This document shows, in pieces, positions 20,654 through 32,573 of a DNA stretch of 32,773 nucleotides (its first letter is position 1; each line of letters opens with the position of its first letter). This DNA is from Perkinsus olseni (Eukaryota), in assembly GCA_013115125.1 (NCBI GenBank), contig JABANN010000397.1, positions 1 to 32,773 of the forward strand. The letters run 5' to 3'. A program made the position numbers and the translations under genes. Under the pieces are notes generated by a model. It was not told the origin of the DNA. It was given only the letters and a program-made list of their open reading frames with translations, and did not search any database.

Positions 20654-22211
20654 CTACTTCGAGAGCTTCTTCTTGGCTTCGGCCACCTCATCCTCCAGGT
20701 CCTTCACCACCTCCCATGCGGGCATCAAGTCATCACGACCGAAATGACCATAGGCAGCCAATTTTTGGAACTGAGAAACAGCCATGGCGCGCACGACTGC
20801 AGCTCCTTGGCAGCTTACCTGGGGCTTTTTGAGTTCCAAGTCCCTTTGGATGCACCCTGGTCTGAAGTCGAAGTTGCGCTTGACAATATCACACAAGTCC
20901 TCATCGGTCAAGCCTGGCATCGCCGAACCGTACCTGAGCACGACCATATTAAACGGGAGCGGAAGAAGGGAGCCACTCACGAGTCGACGAAGAGACTCAA
21001 CGGCTGCACGACTCCGATGGCGTAGCTGACCTGCACCAAGCAGCGCTGGCACAAGCCCGCATGCACGAGGGACTTGGCAGCCCATCGAGCAGCGTAAGCG
21101 GCTGATCTATCAACCTGACTCACGAGACCGACTGATTTGAGAGAGACTGTTGCTGGACTTGCTTACCTTGGTAGAATCCTTGCCGGAGAAGGCTCCGCCA
21201 CCGTGTGCTCCCCAGCCACCGTAAGTATCAATGATGATCTTACGACCAGTAAGACCAGCATCACCGTGAGGGCCACCAATAGTGAAAGCCTTGCTAGGAT
21301 TCAGGTGATAGATGGTATCCTCATCAAGATACTGCTTAGGGACGATAGGCTTGATAATGTACTCCATCAGATCGGCATGGATCTGCTCTTGACTGACTTC
21401 GGGGCTGAAAAGCAGCAAAGTAACAGCAGTCTCAGCGGAGCGAGGCTGAACTCACCTGTGCTGAGTAGAAATAAGAATGGTGTGGACTCTAACGGGAATC
21501 ATCTCACCGCTAGTTCCCTTTTTGTACTCTACAGTTACTTGAGTCTTTCCATCAGGTCTCAACCACTTAACGGTACCGTTCTTTCTGCAAACAGTAAGCT
21601 GATGACCCAGCTTAGTGGCGAGACTGTGGCTCAAAGGCATGAGTTCAGGGGTCTCATTAGAGGCGTAACCAAACATATGGCCCTGGTCACCGGCACCGAT
21701 CTCTTCCGGAGCCTGAGAAATACTAAGGATAAAGACAATGCTCGGAGAGGGACGAGAAAGCCTACCTTGGTTCCCAAACCGTGGACGGACTGGCCGATCT
21801 CAGGGCTCTGTTCCTCCAGTTTGTTGATCACCTCCATGGTCCTGTAGTCGAGACCCTTTGCTTCGTCATCGTAACCGATCTCCTTGCAAGCATCGCGGAC
21901 TACTTGCACAAAATCCACCTACCAAAGAGCCTGCCTGCCAGACTTAAAGCGCGGGGAGAAGGGTTTACCTTAGCGTGCGTGGTGATCTCACCAAAAATCA
22001 TCACCATGCCCGTCTTGCAACAAGTCTCGCAGGCCACACGGGAATCAGGGTCCTGTGCAAGGCAAGCGTCCAAAACAGCATCGGAGACCTGGTCACAGAT
22101 CTTGTCAGGATGCCCTTCGTTGACCGACTCGGACGTGAAGAGGAAGTGCCCCGGATGAGGGGGGCGAATCACGGTCCCGGTCTGATTAGACATGGTCGTC
22201 GAAGGAGACAT
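20654..22211 (-). CDS. MAT: S-adenosylmethionine synthetase (methionine adenosyltransferase), canonical type, 7 exons
   Basis: Motifs [72 protein letters not shown] and AAYGHFGR. Introns include 21919-21968 and 21713-21765. The start may be ATG 22211 or 22193. Confidence 0.97.
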
Positions 22212-22232
22212 ACGTGTAACAATACACTGCCT

Positions 22233-22233
<1 letters not shown>

Positions 22234-22275
<42 letters not shown>
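22234..22275. repeat. (CAA)14 microsatellite, reading (TTG)14 on the sense strand next to a TAG upstream of MAT
   Basis: Read directly from the sequence. Confidence 0.95.
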
Positions 22276-22277
<2 letters not shown>

Positions 22278-22688
22278 CCCAATTTGCCCAAGGAGCGTCA
22301 GTTGAATCGAAGAGGGCGCTCCACAACTCCTCAGCCAATTTATGAAGAAGCACGATCCCCTCGAAATTTGAGTTTGATTTCTCTGCCAGGAGGCCTATCC
22401 CGAAACCCAGATGATTCCAAAGAAATTGCAGACTAAGCCCGTTGCTGGCAACCTCCCACCGGCACTGCCGTTGACGAAAGTTCTAAGGTAAACCACAAGG
22501 ACCCTGTGTCACGGGACAACCCTTGGGAATAGTAGAAAATCGCATCTCGCTGCGCCAAAGTGATCGATCTCGACGAAACAACCGCCGCCGAAAATCATCT
22601 TTGAAAGACTTTCTACTTACGCATCCGAACACCGCATCTGGGCCGATAGCCGCGAAAGCCTATCGTTACGTCAGCTGGCATCTTCAGG

Positions 22689-23580
22689 TCAGCTGGGAAA
22701 CTTGGCAGAATCGGATTGGAGCGGAAGCATCCCACACGAAGCTAACAATCTCGGAGACCTGTTTTCGCTGCCCGGTCTTATGCAACACAATGAGTGCGTC
22801 TCCGAGCTATTGGCCTGTCGAAAAGCATATAGTCGCGAGGACAATATCATAAATAATGTTGATTCGACATGATTTTCCACTTCTGTGAACTCGTGAAGGC
22901 GACCTTGACAGTGACCGTTGGTCCGCAGCCTTGCTATGCCTTTCTTTGCTCTGCTTTGCAAATCGAAAGGGTGCTCTTCATCGTCAACACAAACCGTCTC
23001 CTCAACCATAGGGGATTCGAACGCGTGAAGGCCTATTGCGTGCGAACCATTTTACGTCGCCTTCTCTCTCCAAAATCCTTCAACGGCCGGCGCGGAACAA
23101 TCTTCACCCAAGCTACGCTATGTCTACGGTTACCGAAATTCTCACCCGACTCGAATGCCATACCACTCTTCCGCCAGCTCGTGGCCACATGAGGCTCCCT
23201 GTGGGCTCATCTTCATCGGTGTGATAGTTCCTTCTGGTTCTATCATTGGCATGATGAGGTCCTTATCTGACCTCCTCTCTGGAGAGACTATGAATTGGCC
23301 TCCCTACCTTGTTACGCTTTGGCCCTGACTCAATACAAGCACCCAATTGCATCATCATATGCGGGATCAAAATCTGTCACATTTCATGAGGTCTTACTGA
23401 AAGACTTCTGGGGATGCCTAAGGCCTTCATAGGGAGTCAAACAAGTTCGATCGACGAATTCTTGAGGTAGTCTCTGATCGAGGCACTTCTAATGGCTTGT
23501 GGCGAAAGCGGTAACACTTCGTTGCTTGTGGCGGTACCGCTGTGTAGTAGTGGTATAATCGCTATGAGGGAGATCTGCAT
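22689..23580 (-). pseudogene. Possible disrupted secreted-protein gene
   Basis: Signal-like MQISLIAIIPLLHSGTA at 23580, followed by early stops and disjoint protein-like fragments. Confidence 0.25.
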
Positions 23581-23874
23581 CACGGCTGCTATTGAATTAT
23601 TATGAAAACGTTTTCGCGAGAGAACCACCAGTGGAAGATGAATCTCTCATTAGTTCGCCCTTCTGTTTTTGAGGCGTAACAGGCCCACTGCACTTCAACC
23701 ACAACACATTCTATAATGGACAACATCATTCTCAATAAAACTGCATGCTTCATCAAAAAATCCTATGACTGGTTAGAGTAGCTGGTGAACTCGCCATCTC
23801 CAGAGCACTATTGTTCGCAATCTCGGCAAGTTGTGATGCCGCCAAGCCCGGTCTGAAAAAGAACGATACATTCG

Positions 23875-25908
23875 TTAAGGCAATCGATCGCATATTCGAG
23901 GATGGGAGAGGCTAATACTTACAAGTGCGAAGAAAGCAACATCCGTCGTGGGGAAACCAGTTCCGCCCCAAGTAGGAGATATAACAGCTGGGCAGCGGTG
24001 AATGGCACACGCCATTTCTTCCTCATTCATAGTCGTCGTGAATCCAAACGTTTGCGAGGCACTCATCATCTCGCTATAGCTAAGGACGCCGTCTCCATCA
24101 AGGTCGGCGATTTCCATGACGCTCACAACAGCGGGACAGTGAGGTTTGCACTCGCCTGTATTTCCAACGGATGCCAGTTGTTGACAAGCCCGAACGATGA
24201 GCGATTCACCAGGATCGACAGAGCCATCACCTCGCACCGCACAGCGCTCCGTGGAGTTCGAACCTCCATCGGTGTCACCGCAGACTATTGGTACCGACTG
24301 GAATTCTTCCAAAGCCGTAGCGTTCGAACAGATAGGGTTAACATTCAGCACGAGTTCCTCCAGCTGTTTGAGGTCTCGTATGTTAGACGGCAACGACTCG
24401 ATTTTGTTGATCTCGAAAGTGAGGAATCTCAGCTTCGGCGAGTCTCGTACAAATGCTGGAGAGATGAAGCTGACCTCGTCGAAGGTGACCGAAAGGACTT
24501 GTAGGTTTGAGAGCCCCCTGAGGTCTATTCGTGTTACACCACCCGCGTCCGGTAACATGACAGATGTGAGGCTGCTGCCGTAAAGTTCCAGTGCATTCAG
24601 CTCTTCCTGCCCGAAAGCGAAGCCACAGTTTTGCAGCCATTCTCTAGGGGCACTGGAGAAGTACTCAATCCTCGTGTATGACTGTATCCGCTCGACTATC
24701 GGAACCGAGCAGTTCTCATCAGGAGTAAGATGCACCATGCGGCAATCACAGGACGGGAACTCGAGCAGAGGATGCACTTTTATATGACAGTCTTTACTGT
24801 AGTTAACCACCTCGGCGTCACAATCCCGTCCGTATTCTTGATAGGCCGTGAAAGCAACGAGACTTACACTCAGCGTAAGGGACACGAGCCAAGCCACTGC
24901 CTTACGGCCCGTGCTGAAATACCTGTTTCTCTCATTACATGCGCTACGCGCTGATGATGAGAGCATCAGGTAGTCCCACATGGAGTGAATGTCGTGCAGT
25001 GACTGGCCGAATGGAAATACACTCGTTAGCAATGCCATAAAGCTCCTCGCTCGTAAGACGTGCCAGGACCTCGGATTCTGTACCGAACTGATAGCACTCA
25101 ACTGAACCAGTACGAAGCCGATATCCGACAGCACGTCACCGGCCAGTGCGACGAGCCTGTTCTGATATAGGTAGATCATAGGCGCGAAGGTGATGTTGAA
25201 TGCCACGAGACATGCTTGCGCCATTATTGTTGCTGGAGGCTTCACAACACTAGCATCACCCCCACTGGCAGACCATGCCGAGCCACCAAAGCTAACCAGC
25301 TGCAACAGTTGCATGGTAACCTCTAGAGTTTCCGAGGCTATGTGCCGATACCAAAACCACTCGCCGGAAATCTCAAACTTGTCACTCGTGTGAACCACGA
25401 ATGTCTTTGCAGCCTTGGCCATGGAGAACCATTCTTTATCAGGCTCTGCTGTCTCCAAGTTCTCCTCAGATTGCACGCCCTGGCTCATCTTTGAAAGTGT
25501 TCTGAAGATCGAAGTGCTGCGAAGAACGCCCGACACACTGGCGCCCCTCAGAAGAGTCTTAAAAAGCATATGGAACCTTCTAATCAGCATCATACCGGCA
25601 GTGATAGCGACGAGGCCGTACACGACGGCAGCGAAAACACTCCAAGGATCCGATACATACTCGACCTCTGGCGGGATGAAGACGACATCAGGGTTGGCAT
25701 CCACCAATTCTTTCGGGTTCGGGGGTACCGGGACCTCCACCTGTGCGAAGGAGTATATGGAAGCGATGAGGCAAACGCCGGAGATGCCGGCAGCGGATGC
25801 ACAGAGGTAGGCTATGCGAACCCTCCTATTCTCGACAGCCTGTAGAGTCGAACCAAGCCGTCGGATAGTATCACGAGTATCGGTGAAGAACTCCTGAATA
25901 ACGAGCAT
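23875..25908 (-). CDS. Intronless multi-pass membrane protein with a Cys-capped leucine-rich-repeat region and an EF-hand-like loop
   Basis: 677 aa with several hydrophobic helices in the N-terminal half. LRRs LSNLQVLSV, PKLRFLTFEINKIESLP and LKQLEELVLNVNPIC. EF-hand-like loop DLDGDGVLSYSE. Confidence 0.85.
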   Translation of the reverse strand: MLVIQEFFTDTRDTIRRLGSTLQAVENRRVRIAYLCASAAGISGVCLIASIYSFAQVEVPVPPNPKELVDANPDVVFIPPEVEYVSDPWSVFAAVVYGLVAITAGMMLIRRFHMLFKTLLRGASVSGVLRSTSIFRTLSKMSQGVQSEENLETAEPDKEWFSMAKAAKTFVVHTSDKFEISGEWFWYRHIASETLEVTMQLLQLVSFGGSAWSASGGDASVVKPPATIMAQACLVAFNITFAPMIYLYQNRLVALAGDVLSDIGFVLVQLSAISSVQNPRSWHVLRARSFMALLTSVFPFGQSLHDIHSMWDYLMLSSSARSACNERNRYFSTGRKAVAWLVSLTLSVSLVAFTAYQEYGRDCDAEVVNYSKDCHIKVHPLLEFPSCDCRMVHLTPDENCSVPIVERIQSYTRIEYFSSAPREWLQNCGFAFGQEELNALELYGSSLTSVMLPDAGGVTRIDLRGLSNLQVLSVTFDEVSFISPAFVRDSPKLRFLTFEINKIESLPSNIRDLKQLEELVLNVNPICSNATALEEFQSVPIVCGDTDGGSNSTERCAVRGDGSVDPGESLIVRACQQLASVGNTGECKPHCPAVVSVMEIADLDGDGVLSYSEMMSASQTFGFTTTMNEEEMACAIHRCPAVISPTWGGTGFPTTDVAFFALVSISLSHPRICDRLP

Positions 25909-26669
25909 TGAATGATAACAAAGTCATTAAATGAGAACTGACCTCAAAGGACGCCCGACGAGAGCCGCGACGCGGCATGGAGGTGCTGTCCTCAGTTGAC
26001 ATTAAGAGCTAAGAACAACACCTGCAACGAGTGCAGGGGCAGTCTGATTAAGGCTACTGCTTCTTTTGTGCTATGGCGTGGCCCAAGGAAACGATGCTTG
26101 TCTCCTGACATGTCTACTTGATTGTCCACCGACACTTCCCTCAGCCATTTGTCGTCAACACAACTACCAGCAAAGCATTACCACAAACCTGCATCAACTG
26201 TAACGGAAACAGAACTACAAGTAACTCAGCCAATCACGCCAAAGCCAACCGCAGCATGCCGAGAGGGAAATATGGTCGCGGCTCAGAAATGACCTCAGAA
26301 CAACCCAGGCGAGACGAAACCGAAGAAAACGATGATGATGAATGCCACGGTATTCGGTTAGAGTAAGAAGCGATAGAAACGAGACAATACGAGCTGAGTG
26401 ACCGTAGCGTGGAGGGCAACAAATCCGGGCAGGAAAGCACCACCGACTCTCAAGGCGAGCAGCGACAATAGCGTGGACAATGATATAACCACTAATGGTC
26501 TTCATACAGGTCACTGCTTGCTTCCTGCATTACGAGACTGCCGTCGATGAGGTATCCAAAAAGCTAGCGCTACTACAGCTGCCGAAACCGCAACTACTCC
26601 CGCTATCAATGCCCCTCGCTTCAGTCGTGCATTCGTAGCTGCCTGAACGAGAGCGGCCCCTAGCGGAAG

Positions 26670-27329
26670 CTACTTTGCTGCGAGCATCACCTGTCTGTCT
26701 TGGTCGGCGTGGGCTTTGACCTGCTGCACTATCTGCTGAGCGCTATCTCTGTTAGTCGTAGGGAAGACAGCTCTAAATCCACACTCTTGCATCAGGAAAC
26801 TCGCCGCGTGATCTGAAGAACACCCCTTCATGCCCCTTGTAACTTTCTGGTCGAAGGGTTTTACTTGCTCGTGTGCCGTGGGCGCAATAAACCAGTACTG
26901 GCCGATCCTTCCTGATCTCATCAGATCGCTGCGGCAGCTCGGACAGGGGTATATGTACCGCGCCCTTCACAGGAGCTGAGAGGGCAGCACTATCACGCGA
27001 CCATCACGGTTGTGTAACCCCTTGGTGGACTCTGACCATGCCCCGCTCAGTCACTACTGGATTATACTTATTCGCGTATCAATCCCTCAGGGGTGCGAAT
27101 GAAAATAGTCATGAGAGAAGCAGACTCATGGAAAGGATCTAATAATCCTGTGATTTGTGAATGGTGTGGTATTATTACCACGCGCCTCTCAATACTAGCT
27201 GATGCCCATGTGAAAGCATGTCAACCCCGAGAGAGTACCTTCCCTTTTGACCTCATCATCATCCCGCACATCAAGCACTGTGAAGTCAGCATGACCACAG
27301 CTTGCTAACACCGCTTCGAAGGTAGACAT
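26670..27329 (-). CDS. Single-domain rhodanese/sulfurtransferase, paralog 3 (3 exons)
   Basis: MSTFEAV..VLDVRDDDEVKRE|APVKGAVHIPLSEL..VLVYCAHGTRA|NHAASFLMQECGF. Confidence 0.88.
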
Positions 27330-27716
27330 GGGAAGGCAACAACAGCAGGGAAAACAACAACAGAAGACTTAAACAAGAGACATAGCTCAAGAAGGTAGAT
27401 CAGCCTTCCAGGCCTCGAGCAAAAACAAGGGAATTTTGCTCATTTCGTCTCAGGCGGGTCATGAGCCACGCCCGATAAGCACACGATTCCTGGCTGGTCA
27501 CCAAGCATGCTCCTCTGTTCCAAGTAAGACAAATCCCCCCTTCGGTTGAGAACCCAATGCTGAGAGTCCATAGAAACACTACTAGTGATGATAAAGTGAA
27601 ATAATCGTCATACAGCAGAGGCCGACCATCCGCTCGCCATCGGCCATCGGGCACGTTATTTTTGGACAGCGCCAGAGGAGTCACGAGCGTCAGATCGGCC
27701 CAGCAGGCCATTCAAA

Positions 27717-28363
27717 TCACTGCGTCTTCTCTTCGGAAACAGCAGTAGCTCCCTCCTTAGCCAACTTCTCCACCTCATCGATGATCTTCGTGGCACTGTC
27801 GCAGTTCACTGTGCTCATAACCGGACTGTAACCGTGGCTACGAAGCACCCCGGCAGCGCGACCTACACACACTATGGCAACAACAACGCAGTGGGAGTGA
27901 CGAGCTTACCCGCTCTGATGCCAGAAGCGCAGTAGACGAGAACTGGACCATCCTTGGGAACCTCGGAGATCCTCGACTCGACCTCACCGACTGGGATAGC
28001 GATGGCGCCAGGAAGGGAAGCTGGAAGAACGTGGTATACACGAAGACATACCGACCCGAGACTTTTTGCGAAAGGAGTGGTACGAGATACAACACGCGCC
28101 CGCGAATGCTACTCACCCTTGGAGGCCACCTCTCCGGCACTTCTCACATCAAGAACCGATAGCTTCTTTCCCTTGGCGACGGCGGCGGCCAGATCAGCCG
28201 ACGTCGTAGAGTCACTCGACATCATAGAACCCATCACGGCAACAGCAATGACTCCAACAAGGGGCAACAATCTACCTACAGAACCCGTCAGCCAAGCGCC
28301 GAGGACCACGGCTGAGCCCAAGAGGACTACATTGACGAGAGGAAACGAAGAGGAAGCGGACAT
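27717..28363 (-). CDS. Single-domain rhodanese with an N-terminal hydrophobic extension, paralog 2 (3 exons)
   Basis: Hydrophobic leader, then VLDVRSAGEVASK|ASLPGAIAIPVGEV..VLVYCASGIRA|GRAAGVLRSHGY. Confidence 0.9.
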
Positions 28364-28592
28364 CTAGAAAGGAACAGAATACACTATGAACTGAGCGAGT
28401 GAACCTCATACCACAACACCGCCAAATCATGGCAACACCACGCTGTCTGTGGTAAACGAGAGACCGGTGTTTTTGGCCAGGTTCCTCAACCGCTGTCGCC
28501 GGACCGTCTACAGGCGGGCGGGGGACAGCGTGAAAACTATTATATGAGAATTAGCAGTCGAGAAACCTCTCGGAAGAAAGTGATTTTTAGAT

Positions 28593-29026
28593 TCACATTT
28601 TCTGAGCGAGCTCCTTGGCTTCCTCCACAGTCTTCCTCGCAGCATCGCGATCAGTAACATTCATAACGGGAGCATACCCAGCTGCTCTCAATGCATCACC
28701 AGCACGCTCTGATCACAACAACAACGACTACTGATCACAGCCGATGGCAGCCTCCAGGCTTACGAGCTCTCTTGCCAATAGCACAGTGCACAACAACAGG
28801 GCCCTTGGGGACTTCACTGATCCTATCGTTGAACTCAGCGATCGGGATATGGATGCTTCCAGGGTTCGAGGCTGATTCAGGAGAACAACGCTGAGGAAGG
28901 CTGTCGAGTACTCGAGGGAGTCCTACGCTTTTCCTTCACTTCATCATCGCTTCTAACATCCACAACAGAGACCTTCTCACCAGCCTTGATGGCCTTGGCG
29001 AGGTCCTCGATAGTAGCACTAGACAT
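28593..29026 (-). CDS. Single-domain rhodanese, paralog 1 (3 exons; absent from the ORF track)
   Basis: MSSATIEDLAKAIKAGEKVSVVDVRSDDEVKEK|PSNPGSIHIPIAEF..VVVHCAIGKRA|QRAGDALRAAGY. Confidence 0.88.
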
Positions 29027-29387
29027 AATCGTTATCAAAGTAAAAACAACCTTCGAGGGAGACCATTTGGACGTGACAGTGGCGAGAAGCCTTTAATAGA
29101 AGCCCATCACAACAGCTGTCTAGCCCTCAACCAAGCCATTCACCGACGATACCGACACAAAGGAGACAGCTGCACAAAGAGAGAGGATCAGAGGGAGCGA
29201 TGCTTCCCGCCGGTCGAAACACGCTTTGATGGTCATCACGATTGCTGCCGTGCGCAGGTTTGCAGACACTACAAGTTGTCCCTCATATTTATGAACTCGA
29301 CTGAGTGGTGAGATGAAAATGATCCTGATCTTCAGCCTTAACAGGGGCGAGGGCCGCCTTCACCGTCACCGAAATTGGCCCCATCTC

Positions 29388-30524
29388 CTATTCTGTCTTC
29401 AGCGCACTCCGTCTATGAGTCGCGAAACGACGGTAGAGGACATCGAAGCGAGTCAGCAGCTCTTGACCGTCCAACTCGCCGTCCTCGTGAAAGAAATTGC
29501 CAATACTCTCTTTGATCTCCTGACCATGACACAAAGATTTGCACGCATGCACACGAATATCCTGAGGTTACCTCTGACATATTTGGGTGGCTACTGCGCA
29601 ATCTCAACACCAGCTCCGAGCTGAAGCCTTGCATCTCCACATCAACGAAGATCCTGTCGCCAGTCTGAGGCGAGCACCATCCGTCACTCAAAGCAAACCT
29701 TGAAATCTACCTCCCGGTCATTGATCTGCACGTCGCTCGATTTGGTCCATATCATGTCCACCAGGCAGGTGACCCCAGAGAAAAAGAAGTAGCCCAAGAC
29801 GCAGAGTTTCAACGACGAGGACTCCTGAACGGTATAAAGGTATCCAAGGTTGATGCGTGCACAAGACAAGTAGTACAGCAGGGAACTTGACAAAAAACTG
29901 GCCGATAACACCCGCAGTGCAAGCCAGAGTCATCAGAAGTATTCTCACCCACGGCAGGCTGGTATCCTCGATATACCCTAAAGCGGGCAGTGCCTGAATT
30001 GGGCGAGGAGTGGTATCAGAAAGACGAAGAGGGATATCCTGCTATAATCCACCTCCTCCAAGAACTCATTAACAGCCTTAACAATCTCATACGACGAGTA
30101 GAGGTTGCTGGCCGTACCTGAGAAAATCACCCTTAGTCTAGGACCAGAAGGGTCGACCCGATAGTCTTCCCAGCGGATGAAACTACAGAATGTGATGACG
30201 AATACATATCTACAACAACATGGCTTGAAACAGGACTTTCCAGAGGGCTCTTAAAATCTGCCCATCGCGTTTAATTATTCGGCCGCAGCGCAGTGCAATC
30301 TCAAAAGGAATCCTTCAACATGTTGGCAGCCTACAAGTTCGTGAAGAATCTACGCTCACTGTCGCCCAGATACCCGTGGCTTGGGAAACGAGCAGGCTGA
30401 TACCCAACTTACGTGTCTCGATGCCATGGGGCACCTCTACGCGAGGACGGTTGCCGGTAGCAGCACTGCCCCCACGGTTATTGTGTTGCTTTCTATGAAC
30501 GGCAGTCGAAGAGCCTCCCGCCAT
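29388..30524 (-). CDS. SPCS2: Signal peptidase complex subunit 2 (SPC25 family), multi-exon
   Basis: NLYSSYEIVKAVNE..GYIEDTSLPWVRILLMTLAC..FVKFP..LKLCVLGYFFFSG forms a two-TM pattern. The C-terminus has SIGNFFHEDGEL. Confidence 0.75.
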
Positions 30525-30677
30525 CGTGAAACGCCAAAAAACTGACAGCCAAAACTGATGGCCGTCCCCGGAAATGCAACAGAAAGTGTGGTAACGACAA
30601 AAGCCTTGAACAATGGTTATCATGACATGGTAGTAATATACAGCACCCGTCGGTGGGCAGGTCTAATTTCCAGGGAC

Positions 30678-32573
30678 TTAGTCGCCCGGCGGCCGCGACG
30701 ATTTCGAGGACTCCCCAGATGATCGACGCGTCCGGTGGTTAGAGTTTGGTACATGATCTATCCGGTACCTGCGATAGAGAAGCTAACCTCTCCCGTATCT
30801 TGCACAAACCAACCTAAGATACCCGACCTACTTATCGAGGAGTTGTCTGATACTCAGTCCGGCCTCCTCCAGCGGCGGCGATCTCTTCTCGTCTTTGCTC
30901 CGCTGTTGCCTCTTACTATACCTTATTGCCTTCAGAGGGCTGCCGCTGAAAGCCTCCCCACCGGTGGTCAGGACCGACGAGCTCGACGGGAGGGCTGTCG
31001 AGTCCTGCATGAGGCTCCTCGCCGTCGCCGGCTTAGTGTCCCTCGTACCTGCATCATCAGCTCCTGTCACGGTTGGTCAGATAGATCCGTAGGCTCACAA
31101 GGCCGAGTGAGGCGGTCACCACCGCTCGCTGTTGTACTCGCAGTGAACGGCAGACGCGCCGAAAGAAAGCCTCCCTGAGAACTCGTTGCTTCACCAGACA
31201 ACCCAGCCCGCGACCACAGACTGACCATCCCCCAGGGACTCCGAGCCTGCCCTGCAGCCCGCTTCTTGGTCTCCTCCAGTACTAATGACAATTCATCAGG
31301 TTCCGAACCGCTTCCCTCATCGACCAGCTCCGAAACCCAGGAACAGCCCTACACCCACCAGACTACCAGGCCAGCAACAACCAGGAAAGCACCGACCTCG
31401 TCACTCGGCTGACTCGTCAATAACTCGTCCAATCCCGGACGCATCTGGAGATACACTACCGCGGCCGTCAACAGCGAGGCGCCCCACCTCTCGAACCTCC
31501 GCTCCCGTCACCTTCCGAGTCAACGAGCCAGATTGGGCTACGACTGAGCCTGCCCTCCTACCACGGTATAAGTCGAATCTGAGCCGGAAACTGCGCAAGG
31601 GCGGTAGCGGGTCAGAGCGAGCATCACAGTGTGAGTGTCATGGCCTCAGTGTTGCATACACAGTCCACCCTTGTTTCATCGTCGAGGACCTCAAGGGCCG
31701 GTACGAGCTCGAGGATCTCCTTCAGAGACGCCTTTCGGGTCACGGGATTGCCTTCAAGAGAGAGCTGCCAGACACTACTGCCTGACAGGGTATTGATAAG
31801 AAGCTGTGGATAGGCGAAGGTAGGGGCGTACAGGTGGCGAGAGCTGAGAGTTGGTCCAGGGACGGTATTGAATTGCCTTCAAGATCCACAATTTGTAGGG
31901 AGTCCATCCACTCGATGCCATTTATCGTCGTAAGGCAATTAAAGGCGAGGTACCTCCACAGGGGATCGATCTCGGGACCTCCCGGATGGTAACCCGAGCC
32001 GTTGACCTACAGCTCTTGTAAGGTGGGCAGCAACGAGCTCATGCCAGAGAGATCACTCAGATGACTTCGGGAAAGACTGAAAAGTCGACCGAGTCGACCA
32101 AGGACCCAGAAAGAATCTTACTTGAGTACGATAAGCCCGCTCAACTTCGTCCCGAGACTCCGTGCTTCGGTGATGTAGGAGCCAGCGAGGCTGCAACGGA
32201 AGGAGCCACTAGACCGAATCCTTCGAAGCAGCATGGACCCACTTTAAGACGGAAAGGGATGGCAAGTGGTCTCCTATGCTGCTGATATCGTGTGCGTCGG
32301 TGTTCAGCTGACAAAGTGCTCTCACCCTCCCCATACCACAACTTTCACTACTTTCATCGTAATCTCAGTCACCTTGTCCAGATCCGTGTCCTCGTCCTTC
32401 AAGTGTGCCTGTCACCAAGAAGCCCTACCAGTCCAACCGCCCCTTCCCACTACGACTGCTACCCGTAAGAACTCTTCGGTAATATCACCGCTCATGCACT
32501 CCAGTACATCGTTGACTAGATCACACCTCAAAGGAGGTAGGGCTGGGTGAGGGCCGTGGGCTGACGACGACAT
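30678..32573 (-). CDS. LRRC56: LRRC56/ODA8-like ciliary leucine-rich-repeat protein, multi-exon
   Basis: IGDHLPSLSVL..LAGSYITEARSLGTKLSGLIVL..LQELYLAFN..IVDLEGNSI..QLSLEGNPV..VPALEVLDD follows the LRRC56 repeat series. The C-terminal region has LTTGGEAFSGSPLKAIR. Confidence 0.8.

Noticed and set aside
21137-21847. Long plus-strand ORFs (this one, 18584-19198, 23902-24504, 4330-4938 and others)
   Set aside because: Most are antisense shadows of minus-strand genes or relics, and none shows recognisable motifs.
20654-22211. Divergent MATX paralog
   Set aside because: Length and motif spacing look canonical, and the insertions characteristic of MATX are not evident.
27010-27115. C/D-box snoRNA in the 263-nt rhodanese intron
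   Set aside because: Two CTGA boxes are present, but there is no acceptable box C or convincing terminal stem.
26670-29026. One rhodanese nested in the intron of another
   Set aside because: Each of the three genes has its own three exons once the short exons missing from the ORF track are read.
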